A stretch of 63,908 nt of DNA, filler included, from Octopus bimaculoides (Eukaryota): assembly GCF_001194135.2 (NCBI RefSeq). It is 5 parts of 5 records of this genome, joined end to end, with 100 filler letters (N's around TTAATTAATTAA, not from the genome) between each part and the next. Parts side by side here need not be neighbours in the genome. Positions count along the whole stretch, not along the records: positions 19,476 to 40,923 come from NC_069000.1; positions 41,024 to 55,251 come from NC_068989.1; 3 more parts are not named here. One strand, written 5' to 3'. Below are positions 37,858-52,419 of the stretch, in pieces. The notes beneath the pieces are model-generated. The model saw only the letters and a program-made list of their open reading frames with translations, made no database searches and was not told the origin of the DNA. The translations under genes and the position numbers were made by a program. How positions within the stretch are numbered: position 1 is the stretch's first letter; every line of letters starts with the position of its first letter.

Positions 37858-38624
37858 TACGGAGACAAGGAGAAAAACACGGAGAAAAAAAAAAAAAAAT
37901 TGAATAGTGTTCAGTCAACGGTCAATCATAATATATCTTGAAATATACATAACATGCGTGCATACATCTGCGCGTGTGTATGTGTGTGTGTGTCTGTGTG
38001 TGTGAACAACTCAACGATCACTCAATCGCCAGCATGACATAAGAACTGCGCAGTCCATGTCTTTGTTAATGTTTTCTTTTTTTAGATGTCCATTTTGTCT
38101 AAAGCAGACACCGACACACTCTCCCGCGCCTTTTCCCGGAACCCAGTGGGACTCCATATATGTGCAAATACAATTCAATCTCTGGAATTGAATGGTTTCT
38201 AGATATCACAGCTATTGTTCCTACCGTAACTTCCACCACCACCACCACCACCACCACTACTACTAATACTACTACTAATACTACATCATTGCTTTTCTCC
38301 TTTCACTATTGATTTTTATTTTTTGCATTCAGTATAGATCTTAGTATAGAAACACGGTCACATTATTTAGCAATGATTTTCTCACGTTCTAAGTTCAAAT
38401 CAGTTAAATCTTACTAAAACTATGATGTTTAGTTACCTTGTATTGCATCGAAAGTCCCAGCCTCTTCCTGATCAATTTAACTTTTGTTGTTCAAGCACTG
38501 GTGATGTAAATACCACTCATGTACTGAGGCTATTCTATCCCAGTTGTATTCCAGCAAAGCCAACCAGTCCCGATCAATTATTACTGAAATTTTGAGGCAT
38601 TTTCTCGTCTTTATTAATGAGGAC

Positions 38625-38880
38625 CACGAAAGGGTGAAAGGCAAAAAACGACCTCAGCGGGATTTGAACTCATAATTTAAGCCGGAAGAAATGCCACCCA
38701 AGCAGGTCGGGCAAAATGCTTAGTGGCATTTCTTCCGGTGGTACGTTCTGAATTCAAAATTCCGCCGGAGTAAACTTTGCCTTTCATACTTTCAAGTTGA
38801 TAACGTACCAACTGAACCTTGGGTCCGATTTTATCGACTTGCATAACCTCAAAATTGCTGGTCTTATATCAAAATTAGAA
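38625..38880. mobile_element. Head-to-head (inverted) pair of family A SINE fragments
   Basis: Minus copy about 38625-38702 directly followed by plus copy about 38705-38880. Confidence 0.75.
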
Positions 38881-39519
38881 ATAATTTGTTAATGAGGAAA
38901 ATATAATCGATTTTGCATTCACATTTTGTCATCATAGGACTAGTTTATAAAATTAGAATCTATTAAACATGGAATTTTTTCCGTTCTCTATCCAACGATC
39001 AGTGTTGGGGAGTTCCATATCTCCATAAAATCCGTTGACAGATCCGACAATTTTCCTTACTTCTATGTTTCTTTCTGTAAAGCACATGAACAATTCCAGT
39101 AGCTAATGAGTTGTCTTAGAGAGAAGTGATTGATGTCACTTTACCCAAGCCTTCTCAAAATTTAAAACAAAGGATACTGTGAGTGTTGTCCCATCACTCT
39201 TCTTACAGCGTAACGTGCCTGATTCGAGAGTGAGATATCGATAGAAACTGACTAAGAAAAAAATAGGGGGATCTTCTACTCAATATGCCGTCTTGTACCT
39301 GCATTAGAAAGACAAGTGAGATTATGCATTCACATAAATTTTAAAACGTCAGAAGAGTAGCTTCCGACATTTCTTCTGACTCTATCATTTCTAAGTTCAA
39401 ATTCCGGTGGGGCCAATCTTGCTTGTCATCGTTTAGGGTCGATAAAGTAAAACATTTCTCAAGTACTGAAAAGAGCATAAGCGACTAAGACCCTCCCCTC
39501 AGTATTTATTATTCTTATA

Positions 39520-39920
39520 AGCGTAGGAGTGGCTCTGTGGTAAGTAGCTTGCTTACCAACCACATGGTTCCGGGTTCAGTCCCACTGCGTGGCACCTTGG
39601 GCTAGTGTCTTCTACTGTAGCCTCGGGCCGCCCAAAGTGGATTTGGTAGACGGAAACTGAAAGAAACCCGTCATACATATATATATATATATATACATAT
39701 ATATGTGTGTGTGTGTGTGTGTGTGTCTGTGTTTGTCCCCCCAACATCGCTTGACAACCGATGGTGGTGCGTTTACGTCCCCGTAACTTAGCGGTTCGGC
39801 AAAAGACACCAATAGAATAAGTACTAGGCTTACAAAGAATAAGTCCTGGGGTCGATTTGCTCAACTAAAGGCGGTGCTCCAGCATGGCCACAGTCAAATG
39901 ACTGAAACAAGTAAAAGAGG
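39520..39920 (+). mobile_element. SINE family C, full length with internal (TA)n(TG)n
   Basis: GGAGTGGCTCTGTGGTAAG head, GGTTCAGTCCCAC B-box-like, AAATGACTGAAACAAGTAAAAGA tail. Confidence 0.92.
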
Positions 39921-40370
39921 AAAAGAGTATCTAAATTAAAAACAATTACTAGAAATGGAAAGGTATGAGCAGTGGCTTTGACACAATCGTTATAGTGCAG
40001 AATGAATACTACGAGTTCTTTTCGTTTGTGTGTGTGAGTTCTTTGCAATCTGCGTTCATATCTTGCCATGGTTAGCTTCGCCTTTTAACCATACATAATC
40101 GTTAAAATAAAAGTAACAGTTAAATGCTCGGATCTGTTAATCAACCAACCTCCTCCACCTAAAAAGTGCGTATGCCCTATACCTGAATTAGAAACAATAA
40201 TTCGAAAGGTGATGGTTTGGCAGATTGGGTAGATTGTTCGTTGCATATACTCGGCACAGTTTAGTTACGCCTCTTTATGTTTGCTGTCCAAATCCCGTCG
40301 TAGTTCATCAACCTTTCACTTTTCCCTTTCCCAGGGTATAAGTATTATTCGAGTAGATATGTATGGGTTG

Positions 40371-40709
40371 GTGAAGGTGCATGGCTCAGTGGTTAGAGCG
40401 TCGAGCTTACGATCGTGAGGTTGTGAGTTCGAATCTCGGACCGGGATGCGTGTTGTGTTTTTGAGCAAGACACTTTATTTCACGTTGCTCCAGTTTACTC
40501 AGCTGTAGAAATGAGTTGCGACGTCACAGATGCCAAGTTGTATCGGCCCCTTTGCCTTTCCCTTGGATAACACTGGGGGCGTGGAGAGGGGAGGCCGGTA
40601 TGCATGGGTGACTGCTGGTATTCCATAAACAACCTTGCTCGGACTTGTGCCTGAGAGGGTAACTTCCTAGGTGCAATCCCATGGTCAGTCATGACCGAAG
40701 GAGGGTCTC
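40371..40709 (+). mobile_element. SINE family B, full length
   Basis: TGGCTCAGTGGTTAGAGC A-box, GAGTTCGAATC B-box, TTGAGCAAGACACTT core. Confidence 0.9.
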
Positions 40710-41060
40710 CGATGTACGGATTGAAAACATTGATTCTAAATCTCCTTCTACATAAATGATGTTTTTCTTAAAATAAACGCCATTATTCTTAATACTTATT
40801 ATGACTCAATGTTTGTATTTAGCTATGGTCTAAGTTCGAATCTCTCCAAGGACACATTTATCTTTCATCCTTGTGCGGTCGATATAAGTAAAACTGTAGG
40901 GATAATTCAATCAACTATTCGCCNNNNNNNNNNNNNNNNNNNNNNNNNNNNNNNNNNNNNNNNNNNNTTAATTAATTAANNNNNNNNNNNNNNNNNNNNN
41001 NNNNNNNNNNNNNNNNNNNNNNNACATACATACATACATACATACATACATACATACAGA

Positions 41061-41273
41061 TATATATATAAAGTGAAATGACCACCAGGAGGATTCCTAA
41101 TGTACTAGAAGAAGACCCCAAATGATCTATCTTTTCTTTTGTCTTGCTCGCTTTACGTTCTCACGTTTGCCGAAATTTTCTTGAGAACAATTTTTCTTCG
41201 TGGTTAGACCAGTTGGGGGTCTTCTTCTAGTATATTAGGAATCCACCTGGTGGTCATTCCTCTTTATATATAT
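41061..41273. repeat. 61 bp inverted repeat with 91 bp spacer, bounded by (TA)n
   Basis: 41061-41121 versus reverse complement of 41213-41273, few mismatches. Confidence 0.92.
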
Positions 41274-41505
41274 GTAATATAATTTTCTTAATCTTCGGAT
41301 TTTTTAAATATACTAGGCCACCGGTTTAAATTGATATTAATTTAATTAATATTAATTTCTACTCTCATTATTTAACGTTTACATACATACATACATAAAT
41401 ACATACATATATACATACATACATACATACATACATACATACATACATACATACATACACACACACATACATACATACATACATACATACATACATACAT
41501 ACATG

Positions 41506-41568
<63 letters not shown>

Positions 41569-42019
41569 AAGATCTAACAAAAACACAGCAAACGGAAAAG
41601 TTATCAAAAACTTTACAAACGGAAAATTCGAGCTAATTCCTCATCAGTCAACGTCCAAAAGATTCTTACAATTTCGAGCCTTTTATTGTTGATATTGTTC
41701 ACTTGTTCACTTTTGGTGGCGCCATTGGCAAAAAGCCACCGGGAATAGCTAACGAGCGTACAGGACAATGACGAAAACAAACACGACTAAATGAAATAAT
41801 TATAATAATTGTACATTTTCAAGAAAAAAGCTGTGTGACTGCCATACATACACATACACAAACATATTCATGAGATTTCATCTTCATCAATGGTTCAGTT
41901 TCTCCCCTTTTACTCACCTTCATTTATGTAATCTGAAATACATTCTGAAATACATTCTTGTTTTAAGAGAAACTCTGTAGTTGCTGTCACCTTTTCTAAA
42001 TAGCTTTCTCTCTCTTTCA

Positions 42020-42345
42020 CCCCTGTATATCTCTTGTGATGACTAGCAGAGTTTACCTGAAATCACCAGAGAGTAAGACTGTAGCTCCACCCATGATATT
42101 AATGTTACCGCTGGTACCTTGTAAAGTATGATTGAGAGTCTCAGATACAAATCTGTGAGGCATTGTGCTCTGATCTCATACTTTCAGCTGAACCTGCTTC
42201 TGTAGCTCTGTTCGACCAGATCTTTTGCCCATGTTACACACTGGACTGTGATAGTGTACAAGGTTGAGTTCGAGTTTAAAGACAAAATAAGCAATGATAC
42301 AACCTGTATTTCAAGTTGCTGCAATTCTAGACGAGGCTATTGCAA
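42020..42345 (-). mobile_element. Helitron (PIF1-type) helicase pseudogene fragment
   Basis: AIASSRIAAT*...FKLELNL..PVCNMGK...KV*DQSTMPHR...TLQ...MGGATVLLSGDFR*TLLVI. Confidence 0.85.
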
Positions 42346-42854
42346 TAGCTTGTTTTCTGTCATGCTGTCCTTCTGATTATGACAAAGTTGCTGGGACTGG
42401 ATTGTGAACTGGCACAGAAAATGATAACAAGGAGGTTCTTAATCTTACTGAGACAATGCAAAACAGTAGTCCCTTCCAAGGTACTTTTTCAGTTTTCATC
42501 ATCTTATAAACGGCATCTTCTTTGGCAAAGCAACTGTTTTAAGTTCCTCGAACAATATGAGACCATGAATATTGTACAGAGGATTTTTGATATCTAAATA
42601 CGTTATTAAAATTCTTGAAATAAAAGCTATATCTTGAAAGAGTTAGTATGCGGTTTTGAATCTTATGGAAGATAGAAAATGATTTCATTTTTACTCACAT
42701 TTAAATTTATTTATATTGGCAATAAATCATGTTTACTTAAAGGGCTCTTTAAGTATTTGTAACAAAACTGCGAAACAAAACACATATAAACACAATCACA
42801 CATTGACGCACGTATATACCTACATACGCATATATAAACAATATGTATTGGAAA

Positions 42855-43170
42855 ATACATATTGAAGCAGTTTTAATATGTATTGAAACAAGTTTATCTA
42901 ACGCAACAGTTTTAGGTATGGAAACAAATCTAGGTATCGAAGCAACTTTTAAAATCAAAGCAAATAATCAGGATTGAAGAAATTTACTGAAGCAATTTTT
43001 AAATACTGAAGCACTTTTATGTATCATAGTAATTTTAATTATCGAAGCTGCTAATCAAGATATAGCAACTTTAAACATAGAATCAGCTTCAGTTACTGAG
43101 GCAACTAATCGAGATATAGCAACTTAATAAATCGTAGAATCTTTAAGTATCGAAGTAGTTTTAAGTATAG
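42855..43170. repeat. Degenerate ~18 bp tandem repeat (about GAAGCAACTTTAAGTATC)
   Basis: Recurring GAAGCA/TAGCAACT anchors at about 18 nt spacing. Confidence 0.6.
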
Positions 43171-43189
43171 AAGCAACTGTTTGTAAATG

Positions 43190-43365
43190 TTTTACATTTC
43201 TCTGACTGGATGAGATGTTCAATAATGGCGGCCAACAAATTTCCACAACAGTGCAGTTTTTATTTTTTATTTTTATTTTTCTGTCCCTGATGACTATGTC
43301 GGGCGTTTTATGTTTGTATTTTGGGGGAGGGTTTGATAGGAATGTTTTGATTGTAACAGGAAGAG
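43190..43365 (-). mobile_element. R4/Dong-like REL endonuclease fragment
   Basis: KHKTPDIVIRDRK...CTVVEICWP. Confidence 0.7.
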
Positions 43366-43390
43366 ACAAGAATAGATAAAGAGACAGGAA

Positions 43391-43433
<43 letters not shown>

Positions 43434-43499
43434 AAAATTAAAAAGGGAAATCAGAAATAGTTAAAACCACGGACTGACTAGTAAAACAAGGGTTATATC

Positions 43500-46450
<2,951 letters not shown>

Positions 46451-46526
46451 TTGCTGCTGTTGTGGCCGGTAGTCTTATTGGCATGGTCGATAGGAGACAT
46501 GATTTTTATTATTAATGTAATTGTTA

Positions 46527-46971
46527 GATCGGTGAGCTGGCAGAATCGTTAGCACGTCGAGAAAAAATGCTTAGCAGCATTTCGTTTATCGTTACGTTCC
46601 GAGTTCATATTTCGATGAAGTCGACTTTGCCTTTCATCCTTTCGGGATTGATAAAATAAGTACCAGTTGAACACTGGGGTCAACTAGTTAGTTCCCTCCC
46701 ACAAAAATAAAAAAATTAAATCAAGCCTTGTGTCTATAATAGAAAAGATTATTAATGTAATTGTTAAAGAGGCGTGCTGGCAGAACCGTTACTATGCCGA
46801 ACAAAATGGTTAGCGGTACTTCGTCCGTTTCCACGTTCTGAGTTCAAATGGTGCCGAGGTTGGCTTTGTCTTTCATGCTTTTGTGGTCGGTAAAATAAGT
46901 ACCAGCCGAGTACTAGGGTAGATCTAATTAACTAGCGCTAAATTTCAAGCCTTGTGCCTATAGTAGAAAGG
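46527..46971 (+). mobile_element. Two tandem family A SINEs delimited by three copies of a ~19 bp motif
   Basis: A[T/C]TATTAATGTAATTGT at 46508, 46748 and 46972. Confidence 0.85.
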
Positions 46972-47091
46972 ACTATTAATGTAATTGTCTTTTTTGGGTG
47001 TAAGTTGGTTCTGGCAGAGCAGACCAATAATGAAAGACATTCCGTTCATGACCACTATGTCCTTGATTCAGGCATTGTATATCTAGGACTG

Positions 47092-47410
47092 CGGAGGCGT
47101 AATGGCCCAGTGGTTAGGGCAGCGGACTCGCGGTCGGAGGATCGCGGTTTCGATTCCCAGACCGGGCGTTGTGTGTGTTTATTGAGCGAAAACACCTAAA
47201 GCTCCACCAGGCTCCGGCAGGGTGGTGGTGGCGACCCCTGTTGTACTCTTTCGCCCCAACTTTCTCTCACTCTTTCTTCCTGTTTCTTGAGTAACGCTGC
47301 GATGGACTGGCGTTCCGTCCAGCTGGGGGCAACACAAACGCCATAGAAACCGGGAAACCGGGCCCATGAGCCTGACTAGGCTTGAAGAGGGCGCATAAAA
47401 AAATAAAAAA
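47092..47410 (+). mobile_element. SINE with family E head and a different 3' tail
   Basis: First ~190 bp match 18702; tail GCTGCGATGGACTGGCG...GGGCCCATGAGCC differs. Confidence 0.88.
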
Positions 47411-48356
47411 ATATCTANNNNNNNNNNNNNNNNNNNNNNNNNNNNNNNNNNNNNNNNNNNNNNNNNNNNNNNNNNNNNNNNNNNNNNNNNNNNNNNNNNN
47501 NNNNNNNNNNNNNNNNNNNNNNNNNNNNNNNNNNNNNNNNNNNNNNNNNNNNNNNNNNNNNNNNNNNNNNNNNNNNNNNNNNNNNNNNNNNNNNNNNNNN
47601 NNNNNNNNNNNNNNNNNNNNNNNNNNNNNNNNNNNNNNNNNNNNNNNNNNNNNNNNNNNNNNNNNNNNNNNNNNNNNNNNNNNNNNNNNNNNNNNNNNNN
47701 NNNNNNNNNNNNNNNNNNNNNNNNNNNNNNNNNNNNNNNNNNNNNNNNNNNNNNNNNNNNNNNNNNNNNNNNNNNNNNNNNNNNNNNNNNNNNNNNNNNN
47801 NNNNNNNNNNNNNNNNNNNNNNNNNNNNNNNNNNNNNNNNNNNNNNNNNNNNNNNNNNNNNNNNNNNNNNNNNNNNNNNNNNNNNNNNNNNNNNNNNNNN
47901 NNNNNNNNNNNNNNNNNNNNNNNNNNNNNNNNNNNNNNNNNNNNNNNNNNNNNNNNNNNNNNNNNNNNNNNNNNNNNNNNNNNNNNNNNNNNNNNNNNNN
48001 NNNNNNNNNNNNNNNNNNNNNNNNNNNNNNNNNNNNNNNNNNNNNNNNNNNNNNNNNNNNNNNNNNNNNNNNNNNNNNNNNNNNNNNNNNNNNNNNNNNN
48101 NNNNNNNNNNNNNNNNNNNNNNNNNNNNNNNNNNNNNNNNNNNNNNNNNNNNNNNNNNNNNNNNNNNNNNNNNNNNNNNNNNNNNNNNNNNNNNNNNNNN
48201 NNNNNNNNNNNNNNNNNNNNNNNNNNNNNGTTACGGTACTACTAATCGTTATATTTGTAGTTATAGAAGTACTAATTGTTGTAACATATGTTGTTATAAT
48301 ACTTTTAATACGATGTTTGTAGTTACACTGCAGTTAATCATTATAAAATCGGCTGT

Positions 48357-48600
48357 TAAGGCGGCGAGCCTTAAATCGTTAATGAGCCGGCGAGCCTAAA
48401 TCGTTAATGAGTCGGACAAAATGCTTAGCGGTATTTCTTCGGACTCTTAACATTCTGAGCTGAAATGCCGCCAAGGTTGACTTTGCTTTTCATTCTTTTG
48501 AGGGCCGATAAAATAATTACTAGTTGAACATTTGGGTTGATTTAATCGACTATTTCCCTCCCTTAAAATTTCAAGCCTTGCGCCTATAGTGGAAGTATTA
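48357..48600 (+). mobile_element. Family A SINE with ~25 bp duplication in the head, inserted in a degenerate ~30 bp minisatellite
   Basis: GGCGAGCCT(T)AAATCGTTAATGAG x2; AGCTATGATGTT repeats on the flanks. Confidence 0.8.
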
Positions 48601-49649
48601 TGATGTTTGCAGTTACGTTAGTGTTGAGCTATGATGTCTCTGGTTACGTTAACCCTAATAGTCGTGATTTGTGTACTGACTGTTATACTAACAGCTATGA
48701 TGTTCTTAGTTAAAGCTCTTAGTACAATAGCTATGATGTTTGTCCGAGCTATAAATCATATACAAACACCACATTACTAATTCTTTTGTCACTTTTGCTT
48801 CAAACGACATTTATATTCTAATTTTATTTGTCTTGCATGATTTAAATAATCTTCTCTTCTATCCTATTCCTTTCCTTCTTTCATGCTACTTCCGGTCTGC
48901 TTCTCCAGCCCTACTGTAGAACGCTCTGTCTCCACCGCCTCATTATATTTCTGAGTTCGAGGCTTCCTTTTTGTATTAATGTCTTTTACTAATCATTCTT
49001 TTTCCCTTTTCTTTCTTTCTTATCCATTTCTTTCTTTCTTTAGTGCTTTCTTTTCATCTTCTTATTTTCTGCTTGTCTTTCTTTCTTTCTTTCTTTCGTT
49101 TCCAGTCGTTTCTTATAAATTAGACGTCTGCGCGTCTTTAAATTCTTGACTACAACAGTCTAACTTTGATTCCTGTTCTCTAATTCTCCGTCTCCCACAT
49201 CAATGTTTACACTCCCACCCTCGATACTCAACTGATTGTTTCACACCTAAATCCACCAACAATTTTTCGCTTTCACCCCACATCCCGATAATTATAATCC
49301 TGCAGCAGTACTTTACCAAACGACACGAATTTAATGAACGAACGTCGGAGTCTCAACGAGATCATTTGACCTGCTCAAAACAACAGCCAACAGCCTTAAA
49401 GAAGACTACCGTAAACAACGTGACCTATTTCGCGTTCAACTTTGGGTTTCATTGGGCGCAAACTCTCAAATACTAGTTGTATCGAAAACTCAATCCGACT
49501 TGCCAACCTCTCTCACCTTCGTCACGCTTTAACAACCAGAAACCTCCGTTCGGTGTAACTAATTTCCCGATAATTCCACCTCTGTCTTCAAAGTCGTCTC
49601 TTATGTATCAGTTAAATGTACATACTAAATACTATTATTCTTGAATTAT

Positions 49650-49915
49650 CATGCAAGGTAGGGCTGCTCACTCTGCTTTTAAGCCGCCCACTCAAGTTTG
49701 CAATCAACAAATGCCAGTCACATGTAAAATTCTGGACAGGTAGAGATTTTGAAGCTTATAGTATGAGACGAGTGCACAACCTCTCATGGACTTGTATTTA
49801 AGGTTTTCATGCACACCCTAGAACATCTCAGAGGTAACAGTAACATAATGTTGGAATTGCAGTCTGGTTCTCTGGTGTCACCCTCAAAGACTATTTCCAT
49901 TGATAAGTATGGAGC
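49650..49915 (+). mobile_element. Second Helitron helicase pseudogene fragment
   Basis: GRAAHSAFKPP...TCKI; KLIV*DECTTSH...TLEHLRGNSNIM; GIAVWFSG. Confidence 0.8.
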
Positions 49916-50294
49916 ATTCCGAAAAAAATCATATATTTGAAAACGAGGGAAAAATTTAATCTCTTGACCAATATGAAAATTACTGTTAACTGAGGTGACT
50001 TAGCAGCTTAGTTTGTCAAATTTTTATTTCAGCTGAGCAAGGACCAGTTAGCAGTTAGTAGCTGACCACTGCCCAGAGCAAAATGATATTGAGTAGGATA
50101 TTAATGCCGCCCTTATTCAACAGTTACCAAATAAATCCAGGTGGTACAGGTCAGTTTACATTATAGTTGCTGTCAACTGACCAACAGAATATTTCAATTC
50201 TCCGCAGCAAACTTGTGGCCCACTTTACACCCAGAAACTCAAAGTAAATGGACTTACTATGTTGCATCGGAATTTTGTTGCACTAAACTCTTAG

Positions 50295-50615
50295 TTACAG
50301 GAGAGATTTTTACCGTAAAAAATCATTTTACATGTTCTTCAAGAAATTCAATAAACGCTATCAAATGTCAATGATCTAATGAAGAGTATATAGGTCACAC
50401 AAAGCTTACTCTAAGAAACAGATTGACAATTCAGCGACAACAAATACGAGACCCCAGTACTAGACAGATTCCACTGAGTGGACATGTAGATATATATGCA
50501 AAAAATAAGTCCCCCAAATTCCAAGTCTTCTCATCTATGTTCAGTGAATATAACAGATGAAGCACGGATAAACAAAGAAAATACTTTCATACAAAAGTAC
50601 AAACCAACTTAACAA
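50295..50615 (+). mobile_element. Penelope GIY-YIG endonuclease relic (3' tail probably extends to about 51170)
   Basis: One frame: FTVKNHFTCSSRNSINAIKCQ*SNEEYIGHTKLTLRNRLTIQRQQIRDPSTRQIPLSGH...PKFQVF. Confidence 0.85.
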
Positions 50616-51389
50616 ACTGTAACTGAGTATATACACAAATAATTAATCGCACACAAAACTCATTCTGTCACTTAACATGAGGAACTTACACAGCTAACAA
50701 CCTAAACTTTAGCCACTGGACTATATACAAACGACTCCTGTGCACTCTCTCATTTGGCAGATTAAATTTAGAGTGCCTTGATTGTCACTAAAGCATGTCG
50801 ACCTTCATTTTAGGCGCAAAATATACTGTCACGTGACACTAACGCACGAACGTAGCGGGAAACGCACAAAAGTTCTAGGTTTAATCACTTGTTCATTCTC
50901 TACAAACACTTGACAGAAAACATTCAGAGTATTGATTTTTGGTACTGTCACTAGACATGTTCAGTCAACCATTTCAGCCTTAACTTACGATGCCTTAACT
51001 TACCCCGTCACTTGATTCTGACACCCGGGCATAGCGGGGAGCCTACAAAAATTTCTAAGACTAGTCATGTGACTAATCTCTACCAATCGAGTCCTATTCA
51101 AAACATATACTAATTTGAGCCATGAACTCCCTATAAAAATAGGACAAGCTCTAAACACTAGTCAGAAGCAAGACAGCTTTTTTGAAAATCAGTGTAAACT
51201 GTGAAACTGGTTGAATCTTTAAATATAATAAAACAAATTCAAATTACGATGAACGTAAACAAACAAAAGAAGTTTGCTTTTAGAATCGTTGAGATGTCTT
51301 AGAAAGTTAATGAAGTGATTTTAAATTCTCAAACGCAGGATAATGCTAATAATATAGCCTGAACAGGATAAGGTACCCCTATTTTGCAG

Positions 51390-51395
51390 AAAAAA
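51390..51395 (-). terminator. Pol III oligo-T terminator
   Basis: TTTTTT on minus just 3' of the tRNA-like sequence. Confidence 0.55.
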
Positions 51396-51399
51396 GTGT

Positions 51400-51479
51400 T
51401 GGCGGTTAGCTACGAGACTCGAACCCACAATTCCATGATTACGTGTCGCGGTGCTCTAGACCGATTAAGCTAAACTGCC
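51400..51479 (-). tRNA. tRNA-like gene or pseudogene, best read as tRNA-Thr(CGT), with aberrant arms
   Basis: GGCAGTT/AACCGCC acceptor; A-box TAGCTTAATCGG; B-box GGTTCGAGTC; loop CACGTAA; 80 nt with extra bases; T6 terminator 4 nt downstream. Confidence 0.55.
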
Positions 51480-52419
51480 AACATCACACATTCTTCTGCA
51501 AATTTAAGATGTATAGAAATCCCGCTTTATGAGATGCTATCATGCGTTAAATTCAAATTACGATGAACGTAAACAAACAAACAAACGAAGTTTGCTTTTA
51601 GAAGCGTTGAGATGTCTTAGAAAGTTAAAGAAATGATTTAAAATTCTCAAACGCAGGATAATGCTAATAATATAGCCTGAACANNNNNNNNNNNNNNNNN
51701 NNNNNNNNNNNNNNNNNNNNNNNNNNNNNNNNNNNNNNNNNNNNNNNNNNNNNNNNNNNNNNNNNNNNNNNNNNNNNNNNNNNNNNNNNNNNNNNNNNNN
51801 NNNNNNNNNNNNNNNNNNNNNNNNNNNNNNNNNNNNNNNNNNNNNNNNNNNNNNNNNNNNNNNNNNNNNNNNNNNNNNNNNNNNNNNNNNNNNNNNNNNN
51901 NNNNNNNNNNNNNNNNNNNNNNNNNNNNNNNNNNNNNNNNNNNNNNNNNNNNNNNNNNNNNNNNNNNNNNNNNNNNNNNNNNNNNNNNNNNNNNNNNNNN
52001 NNNNNNNNNNNNNNNNNNNNNNNNNNNNNNNNNNNNNNNNNNNNNNNNNNNNNNNNNNNNNNNNNNNNNNNNNNNNNNNNNNNNNNNNNNNNNNNNNNNN
52101 NNNNNNNNNNNNNNNNNNNNNNNNNNNNNNNNNNNNNNNNNNNNNNNNNNNNNNNNNNNNNNNNNNNNNNNNNNNNNNNNNNNNNNNNNNNNNNNNNNNN
52201 NNNNNNNNNNNNNNNNNNNNNNNNNNNNNNNNNNNNNNNNNNNNNNNNNNNNNNNNNNNNNNNNNNNNNNNNNNNNNNNNNNNNNNNNNNNNNNNNNNNN
52301 NNNNNNNNNNNNNNNNNNNNNNNNNNNNNNNNNNNNNNNNNNNNNNNNNNNNNNNNNNNNNNNNNNNNNNNNNNNNNNNNNNNNNNNNNNNNNNNNNNNN
52401 NTATATATATATATATATA

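Larger units (their letters stand above)
51235..51683. repeat. 314 bp tandem repeat (one full unit plus 135 bp of a second, running into a 718 N gap)
   Basis: AAATTCAAATTACGATGAACG at 51235 and 51549; copies differ at several positions. Confidence 0.9.

Noticed and set aside
41919-41945. 15 or 27 nt micro-exon ending AAG|GTGAGT
   Set aside because: The acceptor arises from a 12 bp tandem duplication and is too short to support.
51110-51170. Hammerhead remnant in the tail of the 50.3 kb Penelope (GAGC...GCTC, ACTAGTC)
   Set aside because: Both core strands are too damaged to call.
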